Positions 26,901 through 38,900 of a DNA stretch of 64,000 nucleotides are shown one piece after another. Source of the stretch: Phoronis australis. Taxonomy: Eukaryota; Animalia; Phoronida. The translations under genes were made by a program, and so were the position numbers. The stretch spans positions 1 to 64,000 of the forward strand of contig NMRA01000277.1 in the NCBI GenBank assembly GCA_002633005.1. Reading direction: 5' to 3'. How positions within the stretch are numbered: the stretch's first letter is position 1; every line of letters starts with the position of its first letter. The notes beneath the pieces are model-generated. The model was given only the letters and a program-made list of their open reading frames with translations, did not search any database and was not told the DNA's origin.

Positions 26901-29900
26901 TTGGCTGCCTCAAAAAATAAAACAGCAAGAGCGTAGGGAAATGTTGAGTTTATTAATCAATCCCTGTAATTAAAATTATACGGATGAAACAAGATTTAAA
27001 TGTGTGCAGTTTTAGTGTTTGGAGGGGACTCAGATCCAATTCCAAGTGTCAAATTCGGAACACGGCGCATTCGTAACGGAACTATGGCTAAGTATAGACT
27101 CTTCCGCGATATCCCAGGCGACCGGCAGTGGCGCTGCGCACTACGACTCAGTTTCCGTCGTCTGCTCCCCTGTGCAATGAAGAAATTTTACTTCATTTTT
27201 TAAAGAAAATGGAACCTGAGTGGCGATGAAAAAACAGAAGCTGCTGGTAAGATGTGAATTTTAATCGAAGCCTTAGTGAATCACTCAGAGCCTCATAATT
27301 CTCTCTTTCTTAAACCTTAACTTAAGACGATTTTCAAAGCAATCCCGTCATTATTGCCAACACGAAAAATGGATTTGGTCTTTTGGGCATTTGAAGACTA
27401 TTTTAAAATAATACAAAAAATTATTAAGAACCGATTGCACAAAATATAAAACGTGTAATAAGCATTACAAAAAGAAGTAGGTTTCGCGCGCAAACGCTGT
27501 GGACCATAAACAAGTAGGTCTCTTAGTATGGCATTAGTAGTTAAGTCGTAGTGGTGTAATTTGACATGCGCTCCGTGTTTTTTTGTTTTGCCTTTTTTCT
27601 TGGATAATACTTCAGGAATCAAGGAAAATGCTTGATTTTTAGAGGAAAAACAGAAAAATTGCCTGGGCTCCCCCAAGTTGGTGATATGCGCAACTACAAT
27701 GGTGGTTTGCGCAAATGCTTACAGCCAGACAAAATGTTCCCCTCCCCCTTGTGATATCCTAGATCCACCACTGAACTACTATCCCTATTGCATAATATGT
27801 TAGTAGATACAGCCGACACATTTAGCGGACGAGATATTCATAGCCATTTTAATCATTCGGCGTTTCAGGGTCTATCACTTTGTGGCATAGACTACCCGGA
27901 AAATGCAGCTAAGGTTCTACAAAGCCTCGAACAATGGCGAGACAAAACAGCCGAGTATTGCTATGCCTGCAACGACACATTGTGTCCAATATTTACTAGT
28001 TCCAATTCTGGTGGTATGGTGCTCATCGCCGGCACTGGCTCCAATTGTAACTTTACGGACCGCAGTGGCGAGTCTTTCTTCTGCGGAGGATACTCAAAAA
28101 GCCTTGGTTCCGAGGGCTCAGGTACGTGGTCAGCAGTAATGCTAATACGGAAATGGGTTTCGTGGGGCTGGGATTTGTGTCTAGCCTATAGGATCGTTGT
28201 TAGTGAGCACGTGGGATCAAACTAAAAATGAAAGATGACCGATGAGATATTTAACATTCCGCTTATAAATTACTCAACATGTAAGCCTTCTGTCTTAGCA
28301 CCCAATTTCCAGAAGATTGAACAAAGTTCACAATCTTTATAGGTATGTGACCAGAGGAAATTCTTGATAATTTGGTGAATGCCTTGGGATCTTTTAATTT
28401 ACGATGGGAGAATTAATCTACTTTAAGAAAAACACGTATTCAAAAGCGAAAGTCACAAAACCACAGGTTTACGCAGAGCCGATTAGCGGTTTCAGAAGCA
28501 ATGACCAACTCTAAGAACAGTAATAAAACTGTCAAAGGTTCATTTCAATGGGTCTGACACTGGTATCACAATAAATTGTCAACGAGTTTGAAATGCACGG
28601 TGAGTTTTTGTGTGTCGTGATCCACTAAGAGTGATAATAAACAGGCACACCTTCAACACAGTCTAAAATGGAAACAGTGAAACAGGTTACTCAGAGACAC
28701 AAACGTTGTCTCAAACCTTTTCACACTATGACAAAAATATACATGTATAAGAGGGCGTGAGCAAGCAAAAACAGCGTCGAAAGCGTCCCTTTGAATGGAT
28801 GGGGTGAGCCAACCCTTCCAAACACTCACAGCGTGTAATCGCCTTTTTTCTTTTTCAGCTTCTTGGATTGCTCTCAATTCAATCAAAACTATCCTTGCCC
28901 ATGACGCAAATTTACGCAGGTCAAGTTTCGACACGCAATTCGTTAAGGACGCCATCTATCGCCATTTTCAGGTGAGCTAGCGGCAATCTGAAATGGATCA
29001 GTCTGCTTTATTTCGTTTAGGAACAAAGTTTACTTACTTATTTACTTACTTACTAATTTACTTGAAAATGTTTACTTACTACTTGCTTACTAAATGATAT
29101 TTCTTATTTGACTATACGTCAGTCTTGTTGTGGTGCTTCCATTGTTTCCTAAGAGAACTCCTTTCGATTCTGTGATTGTTACAATTGGTACAGGGTTCCG
29201 GATTTTGAGAATTACCGTATTGCCGCGCCACTAGGCCCTTGGGCATTTGTGCGAAACTTGGGCGCATACGCCATTATGTGAACCATTTGAGTAAAAAAGG
29301 CCGCGAATAAATAATTATTTCGGATCTAGGCCCACATGTTCCTACAGGCGTGGTAATACGATGAAATATTGTTCATGATGAAAAAAGCAAATTTTTAAAC
29401 AGAAAACGAGGGCACCTACATGTATGTGGGAATTAATGTATGGGCCTGTGTAGGTGATATTACCTGGGCTAATTATATGCGAAATCTAGGCACATGCGCC
29501 AATATACGAACCACTTGGGTAAAAAGAGGCCGCGAAAAAAGGTATTATTTCGGATATAGGCCCGTGGTTCTCAGTAAAGGCGCGTCAATACGGTAGTTTG
29601 AGGCCGGTTTGTAGCGTAAAGTCACGATGTCGATAACGCCGTCCATCCGTAATTCATGGGTAATTTCCGTACCGCCCTTGACCTCGACCCGACAAAGTGC
29701 AAATTGTGTTTGGGCTTTTTGGGAACATTTTTGTGCTTTGACAGCGAATTTCTTGCAACTCGCTAGAGCAGGACACTGTGAATTGTATTATACGAAAAAA
29801 CAATTTCTCATGGTTTGATGAAAACCTGTTTTGTGTAAATTTATTGAGTTATGTGTTTGATATGGACGGCGGAATCGAAGCACCCGTGGAATTCTAGTCC

Positions 29901-32900
29901 CAAGTGTCATACCTTGTAGTATTATATGTAGTGCATTGGAGACGCGATCAGAAGCTGAGGACGCCTGTGAACCGATTAAGCGACAACGACTGATCCGTGA
30001 AAATGTTGAATAACCAGTAAAGATTTATTTCCTAATAAATTGCTTAGATTTTCCAGTTTGTAAAATACGCAAGTTAAAGCACTGAACCATTAAAAATATC
30101 AAAAGTTTGTCGGAAATTTAGAAACAATCCATCCGGGAATATAAAAGTTGAAACGTTCCCTGAACAGTTGTGCAGCAGTGTGTCGTTTTAGCTTCAATGA
30201 ACTTCTTAGTTTTCTTCGTCTATTTGCGTGTCTTAGCTTTTGGACTGTAAATAGTAATAAAACATTTCCCCGCGTGTTGATCATGTTGGGAAATAACGGT
30301 GGAGACTGTGCTGATCTGCTGAATTTGAGGTAAGGACTGCATCGCAAAAAGCAGATTATACGCTAAGACGGGTAGCGACGGAGAGTTGAAATCTGCGAGC
30401 AGACAATCGTCCAAGTAAAAAACACATAATCGATTATTCAGTGGCGGATCTAGGATATCACAAGGGGGGGCCAACATTTTTGTCCGGCTGTAAACATTTG
30501 CGCAAACTGAACCACGATTGTAGATGCGCATAGCACCGAATGGGGGGAGGTCNNNNNNNNNNNNNNNNNNNNNNNNNNNNNNNNNNNNNNNNNNNNNNNN
30601 NNNNNNNNNNNNNNNNNNNNNNNNNNNNNNNNNNNNNNNNNNNNNNNNNNNNNNNNNNNNNNNNNNNNNNNNNNNNNNNNNNNNNNNNNNNNNNNNNNNN
30701 NNNNNNNNNNNNNNNNNNNNNNNNNNNNNNNNNNNNNNNNNNNNNNNNNNNNNNNNNNNNNNNNNNNNNNNNNNNNNNNNNNNNNNNNNNNNNNNNNNNN
30801 NNNNNNNNNNNNNNNNNNNNNNNNNNNNNNNNNNNNNNNNNNNNNNNNNNNNNNNNNNNNNNNNNNNNNNNNNNNNNNNNNNNNNNNNNNNNNNNNNNNN
30901 NNNNNNNNNNNNNNNNNNNNNNNNNNNNNNNNNNNNNNNNNNNNNNNNNNNNNNNNNNNNNNNNNNNNNNNNNNNNNNNNNNNNNNNNNNNNNNNNNNNN
31001 NNNNNNNNNNNNNNNNNNNNNNNNNNNNNNNNNNNNNNNNNNNNNNNNNNNNNNNNNNNNNNNNNNNNNNNNGGGGGGGGGGCCGGGCCCCCTGGGCCCC
31101 CCCCCCTAAATCCGCCTATGTTATTAGGTCGCAATTTCCTGTAAAGACCTTAGCTTTCAGTGTACATAACGAAACGTGTTCGTTAGATTTGATTTAGATT
31201 TTTAGCTGATTTTGTTGGCCGGGGACGCTATTTAGCTTGACCTATTTATAATGACCCATCTTGAAACTTCAGCGAGGCCCAAAAATACCCGCCTGATCAC
31301 GGTGCGTCGGAATTTTCATCGATAAATCGTTTATGTTTTTAGAGCAGTAAACTACTGCCTTTTCAGTGAGTAACGACGCCTTCCATCAATGTTTTAGGTA
31401 ACCCAAATGATTGAGCCCAGTCAAATTTGGCGTTGTCATTGTACACGCTAATTTACTCCATCCTGCGAGTTTCTCGTTAGTCAATGTGACGTCACCGGAA
31501 GAGGGCAAAACCCGCCATATTGCTCTTGTTTTGCCCCGAGTTTTTGCTACACACGCTAAATCTTACAGGAGTTCTTATGGTGAATTTTACGCTTAAAACG
31601 TTAACACAACTTAAGAGATGGTAGATGGATCGTGGAATAACTGTGAATGGACGAAGAAAATGTGAATTCTACTTTCCCGTATTTCACAGTTGATACGTGA
31701 CGTATACAACATCCATATTTTCACATAGTAGGGATAATAACATATTTACACTGGAAATCCGAGTACATCGCTATTACTTGGTTATTTATCATGACATCAG
31801 TTTTTATGATTGGTTCAAAAACGAAACGCCAGAGAGATAGAAAGTAGAAGGCCTAATCTCTGGAACTGTCCGTTCACCACATCATAAACAGGCCAGTCCC
31901 ACTCAGTCATTGAGGTCTTCGCTTAAAGGCATATGTGGGTGTCAACAAGTACGTGGATATCAATATAAATGTACATAAATACACATATCTACATATTAAT
32001 ATCAGAGTATGTCGGCAACAAATTTTCCTTGAGACATGTAGAACACGACGTTCCATTTGTTTTTAATGGCCTTAATAGATACACGCTCTAATTGACGACA
32101 GGCAAATCTTTAGTCAGGCGACATTTGATGTAAAAGGTGACCACGTTCATAGCTGTGAGGAAAGTAAAAAAGTCAATATTACAGACTTCATATTCATATC
32201 ACATAACGAGAAAATACACACTACAATTGCCCGGTGCAGCATCTCCCACGAGACGTTGTCAGTGAAGGATGATCACGACCAAAACATGATAATAGACGAA
32301 GGACTCGGTCACACACAAAGACAACTACATCTAAACAGAAAAAGTGGTAAAGGCGGGAAAATCCAGTGTCCTGGTGATTGATTACACGGGACTGGAGTTT
32401 ATTGATAAGTGACTCCAAGATTTGGAAGCGCTGTTTGTCACGTCTTTGCCGCCAATTACAGTGTGAATCTATTGAGGCCATTATAAAAATAGAACTCCGT
32501 GTTTAACGGAACATTGTGACAAATATTACCAAAAGAAAAATGATATCCACAAAACATTCATCTGTGTACTAGCCTATGCCTAATGTTTTCTCGTTGTTTG
32601 ACAAACCGACTATAAATAAAATGACTTGACTTGACTTCAAAATTTAAATTAATGCATGAATTTTTTGTGTACAAACGTTGCATGCCATTCATTCAAATAT
32701 CGAATACAAGTAAGGTACTGAGATACCAAGAAATCTATGATTTAAGTAAGAAACTCCGGTAACGCAGCGAAAAATTCTAATATGAACAAGAAATTTAGAT
32801 AATCTTTCCCATAAAACAACGTTGTCAGTTGCGTCAAAGTGTATACAACCAATTTGGAAAAATAAGTCTTTCATCAGTAAATAACAAAGAAGAGAAATGG

Positions 32901-35900
32901 GCCAAGAATCTCGCGCATTTCCACTTAAAACATTGGTTTAATTTTCAAATTCCAATCTCTTTTTAAAGCTAACAATTTCTTAATTTAGCGACAAACTTTA
33001 ATTGCTGCTTATTTTTACTGAAGTCTTTTAACACTTCAGTCAAAATAAACAGCAATTAAAGTGTTAAATATTTAAAAAACAATTGGTAGTGTGCGGACTG
33101 CACAGAAGTCATCATCAGGTTGGATGCGCCATTCATTGAAATCTTAAAGCGACTCTATACCACGACAAAAGCTAAGTTTTGACTTAGGACACTTAACGTT
33201 ATTACTCATCTTGATCCTTACTCATACTAGAGACATCTCATGGCGTTGAGAAGAACTAGGCCCGGTCTCTAATCTTTGTACTCGAAACGAACTCGAAACT
33301 ATTTTTGGCAATTTCTCTGCTCCTTTTGTGCGAGCTTAAGGTAATTGGTTATCAGACTGTGCTCGAATACATTATAGTTTATGCATAGGAGTTTCTAGTT
33401 CAAGTTTGCCCTTGAAGACCCTTATATTCGTGCTACAAACTCGAGTAAAAACTCGAAATTTCGAGTTCAAACTCGACCTTATTGCTTTAATATTGGGTTT
33501 ACAAACTGTGACCTAAGGGCAATAAATTATCTACATAAGTTATTGTGTACTCGAGCATAGAATAATAGACGCTTATCTTGAGTTCGCCCAAAAGTAGAGT
33601 AGAAAATGACAAACCTAATTTCGAGTTTCATTTCGAGTAAAAAGATTGGAGACCGGGCCCTGACAGCTCGTTCGCCGAGGAATGAATAGTTCGCACACAG
33701 GTCAAGTTATCCCCGGGAATCGGAGCGCAGACACGTCTTAACAGTGCAATTGCCGTTCATCTTGACCCACAAACATTCGTTGTTAACGAAAAGCAGAACT
33801 GCTGAGCTCGATCAGAACACTCGCAGGGTAGAACGATGATTTACAAAGAACAATTGAGGAAAGGTACATATACTTGCAAACTATAAAAGCATGTGATAGC
33901 CATCACCACCAGCTGGTTATATGTGCGGAACTATATAAGGCCAAACCGAAATAAATTTACATTCCGAACGCGTCACAAACATGTTTATTTACTAGTATAT
34001 GATGTGAATTAGGCTAACACCCAAGTATGTGGAACAGATGTGGCTAGCTGGAACCAGTGCTTCGCACGGGCCGGGGACCAGCTAGTGTCAGGGATTCAGC
34101 TTTAGCCGGGTTTACGCTAGACATGGGAAGTTGTCCTGGTGATACATGCTTGAGTTAGGAAACAAAAATGTCACATAAAAGCTGTGCTGATATCAATAGT
34201 TATTTGCTCTTGTCACCATCCAATTTTTTCTTTATCGAATTTCATTTTATGTTGAACGCCGTTTTTATAGTTATTTCACCATACAGAAATGTGATGGTGG
34301 TAATACCACGAAGTTTACACACGCAATGTGTCTTTATTATACCTCAAATTCACAGGTACAGATCTATTCATAAATGTACATTTTACGTGTGTAGCTATAG
34401 TCAACAAAGTTCTCAATCAAATTATCTTGGTACTATTCCCATCAAAGTACAGCGTGGAGTCGATAGCTCTGCGAGCAGAATGTGGGAAAGAATGAGCGCC
34501 GTGGCCTTGGCATGTAGAATACAGCAGCTTTTTCGGAACACATTTCTCACACTGTGTTGTCTTCCAGCAAATGAAATGTAACCACACGCCTCATTCAACG
34601 TATCCAGTACCTAACCCTGTGTTGTACGCTCATGGAGGATTAGTATTCGTAGGCAGAAAAGTTCAACGACATTCACCCAATAAAATTCTTTGCTCCCTCT
34701 TTTCGAATTATGAAGATGAAGTTTTCAACCAATACTCAAGATTTTTAAATAATTATTTCCAATCTTGAAAAAGAGAAAAGAAAAACAACGATCTATACTT
34801 GGGAGCCATTTTAATACATCAGTGTTCTCCACGACCAGTTTTAACCTGTCACTTCAAAAAGTTAGAGTTCAGTAATGTTAGGACCTGGCAAAAATCTAGC
34901 CAAAATCATGCGTTCTCATTTAAAATACACGGCAACATCTCACGTAATCTAGCAAAGTCTTGCTTTTCACCAATGTTCTAGCGCTACTGAACCGTCAGGA
35001 CAAGTTTCCTGGTGCTTCCGGCATCAGGTTTGGGTTACCTGCAACATACGGGCTTTTTTGCCCATAACAAGGAATGACTGGAGTTCAGTTAGATCTTTCT
35101 GACGTGTTTGGATTTTCAGTTGTGGAAAACACTGACTATTATGAATAGGATTCTAGACGTGATCAATCTTATTTGATAACTTGAAAACTTTTAACCATTA
35201 AAAGAAAGTGCCCTGATGTGGGACAACCCGAACACTTGTTTACAACAGAGACCGTCTTTGAACCCATTAAGATGCAAACATGTGGTGATTGTCTACTGTT
35301 TATGATTATAATACCCCGCAGCAGGACTGATTCCACATCAGGACTTAAAGGCGAAGGCAACCTTTTTTCATGTCATTTTTAGCAAAAATAAAGTTCGTTG
35401 ATTATCCCAGACATATTTTTCACTTATTTACTGCTTTTCGTAATTTAATTAATTACTCGTCGTCTACTCCGGAAGTGACGTTTTGGGAGGCAAGAATTTC
35501 GCGTCAATTTCTTTTCAAAGTCTGACTGTGAGAGCAGTCGAGTCAGTCGTTGTTCTACCTCGGTTGTGATAAGTTCGGTCGTCGTTTGCTTTTGCTTACG
35601 AGTCAGTCAACATGCCACGCTGTTGCTGCGTACTGGGGTGTACTTATTATCGCCTCACGTACAGAGGAAGAACTGTCCCACTTGCCCGAGTGTCCCGCGA
35701 CACACTCCCACTGAAGGGAGATCTGAGCACCCAAACTGCTTACATTGATCCCGCCGTGTGACTCCCTCGCCACACACCTGGCACCTTCCAAATAGCTCCA
35801 ATACAAGTCCACAACAAACTTATCACACTTAGGCTCACCGATCTGTTCATTGGATGACGAACTGTCATCTTCACTGGGTGTCGAACTGGGCCTGTATTCA

Positions 35901-38900
35901 CTCCCACTACTCAACATCGCTGCAGGGCTGCTTACAGGCTCTGAGATAGAGACAACAGCACAGGGCGAATCACTGCAAGCAATGGGGGTACGTTCGGAGG
36001 CACGGGTGACAGTAGATGAAGTGCCCCCAGTCACTGCATATAGTGGCCACAGCTATCGAGGCTTCTCGCTTCAAAAACACACTTCTTGAGGTTGGCGACG
36101 GGGCCGCTGCCGGGAATCAACAGCGACGGTATGGTACCCTTCTTCAGGCGTTGTTTCGCAGGGACCTTCCTCAATTCAGCGTACATATCGGTCATAATCT
36201 GACGGCAGAAAATGCTTGCCACACACTCGGTAACCCTCCACTGCTTTGTACGTTGCGTGGACGGGTAGCGCTGCGTTCTCCATATGAACGAGGTAGCCAA
36301 GTACGGCGAAGTGTGTCATCCTTCGGAAAGCGACGCAAGGTACCCAAAGCGCGTGTGAGACGATAATGAGTACATCCCGGCACGCAGTGACAGCGTGGCA
36401 TGTTGACTGACTTGTAAACAAAAGCAAACGACGACCAAACTTATCACAACCGAGGTAGAACAATGAATGACTCGACAGCTCTCAGAGTCAGACTATAATG
36501 AAAAGAAAGTGGCGCGAAACTCTTGCCTCCCAAAACGTCACTTCGGAGTAGAGGACGAGAAATTAATCAATTTACGAAAAGCTGTAATTATGTGAAAAAT
36601 GTGTCTGGGATAATCAACGAACCTTATTTTTGCTAAAAGTGTCATGAAAAAAGGTTGCTTTCGCTTTTAGCGTCGAAATGAATGATTAAAACGGGAAATA
36701 CGAAACTTTTGAACACTTGACTTTGTGGGCTAGTAGTTGTAGGCCTACTGAGACAAAGGAAAATCCTGTACATGGGTTCGCTTTACACGTATCTTTGGCG
36801 CTGCACTAAAAACTGGAATAAAGGTTGAGATCTTGACCACTTACCTCTATAAAAGTACTTTTATCGCGAAGAATAAGAGAAGAACTGGCACAGTCCCGTC
36901 GTCGTGGTTTCGGACGCAGCTCACGGATTACGCCTACACGGCGGGCGAACGGATGAGCATAAAATACGTCTGAGGCCGCTCCTTCACTTGACTCGAATTT
37001 TGGAAAATTATTGAACGTTGACATCGTTTCTTTGATTTTTCTCGCCGTCGAATATTCAGCACGCGACCTAGTAGGTGTAAACGGTAAACACAGGCCGCGA
37101 ATCGAATACTCCCGAATTGTGCTTGGCTTCGGGAAAGTAGCGCGTTCGCCGGATCGACTGAAGCCACGACTCGTTAAGACAAAGAAAGAAACACGCCGGG
37201 GTTTTGCGGCCGCAGAATCCGGCTCTTTTCCGTCACGGGGATCGGAATGGGAATGCAGCGTCGGGCGGGGGCGGGTGTCCTCGCGGCCGCTCTCGAGTTG
37301 TTTTCGTCCGACGAAGTCGAATGTCAACATTTGGGTCCGAAATAAGCGTTTTAATATATAGATTCTCACGCACCAGACCACCTGTGGCCTTCAACAGAAT
37401 TTTACTCTGTCACTGGCGAGCTAATTTTTTTCCTCTTTGCCACGTATTACTTCCTTCGCGAGATACTTATTTTACGTTTACGTTATTCGGCCCTGGCGTG
37501 TCACAGTGTCTAGCTGTTTGAGTCGATCTCCCATCTGAACGAAGCTCTTTTGATATCAATAGGTTCAAAGACTAGAGATCGTCCGGCGATATTGATGTTG
37601 CATAATGTAACAGTAAATTTCGCTAAGTCCCTTTTTAAGCCTTGCACGTAGCCCCAGGCAACAGTTTCAATGAAGTACGCGCACCATCGGAAACGCAAGG
37701 AAAAGAATCGTTGTAGTCGGCGTGTGTGGAGAGACTTCCACCATGTCTGCTTTAGGCTTGTGGTACTTCCGATCTGTGAACAAACGTGGGCGTGGTCTAA
37801 CTGCGTTTGTCCGAACTATCAATCATTCCTCATCTCGGAACCGGATCCCAAGTTTAACGAGGAAGTAGCCTAAATCAAATTTGTTTCATCAACGGCCAGA
37901 GGCGGTTTTGTTTACCGGGAAATTTCGTATTTAAACTCATGTGATGGACCTAAAAAATCCCTTGCTCACTCCAGTCATAACTCTCTCAGCAACATGTACG
38001 TGGTGATTTTAGTGTTGGCACCGATGAATGCTTGAGTGAAGTGTGATGGTATAGGCATAGGCACTATATACGTTTTGACCTTAGTTTTAAAAGACAACTC
38101 TTTCTATAGGTGTCGTCCAATCAGGATCTCGTCCAGAGTGTTTATAGCGCAACAGATTCGTTTTTCGCCAAGCTTTGCGAAGAGTTGTCACGCGGAGCCA
38201 GTGAGCTTGCTGACCCTTTATGCTGCTCCTTGTTCGACCAAGCCGGCTTCATGCTTGCACGACACGTGTTGGCTTTGGTGCCACGTGTTGATCAGGTATG
38301 GGATGGTTTTACCATTGGACACATTCTTCTTGCGCTTTTTAATATCAAAATTGTGAAAAATCCAGTGAATAAACGTCAAACCAATCTACTGACATGCCCT
38401 TTGTGTTTTTTGATGTGAAATGGCCTGTAGTACATGTACGTATGACACTGTGCGTAACCCGGGTAATCAGATAAATTTTCACTTGCGCATCCAATTACCT
38501 GCGTGAACCAATTGCCATCGATATATTCATTATCACGGAATATAGTTTGTGAGCATGATTCGATGGTTCTTGGGAATCATGATTCGGTACCATTAAAATG
38601 GGTATCGGTGGTTGAAGGAACCACAATATGAAGTACTATATAGACTACTCTCCATGCGATGAATCTGAACTTAGTATAAACGCAATTTTCCAATTAATGG
38701 TCTTTGAACTAACCTTTCGTCCAAGAAACGAAGTTTGAACTTTTTAAAACCACTTACTGCTATAAAATTGGTCTCAACTTGTTCCTTACTCAGATGGGAA
38801 GTGATTTCTTGGTTTGTACACGAATGACAGTTCGTCAGTTATTCGCTGACAACATATTCGGTGCGTAAAATGCACACGTCGTGTCCTGTAGATATCTTGT

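Noticed and set aside
30220-31144. Long ORFs of 189-304 aa
   Set aside because: They run through the N gap and are artifacts.
32220-32640. Possible LINE 3' end (aataaaat followed by gactt repeats)
   Set aside because: The tail is suggestive, but no reverse-transcriptase motif is recognisable, so it is too weak to call.
37502-37508. CACAGTG heptamer suggesting an RSS or RAG/Transib end (also near 20062)
   Set aside because: No nonamer at 12/23 spacing, no matching second TIR or TSD and no RAG-like ORF; expected by chance.
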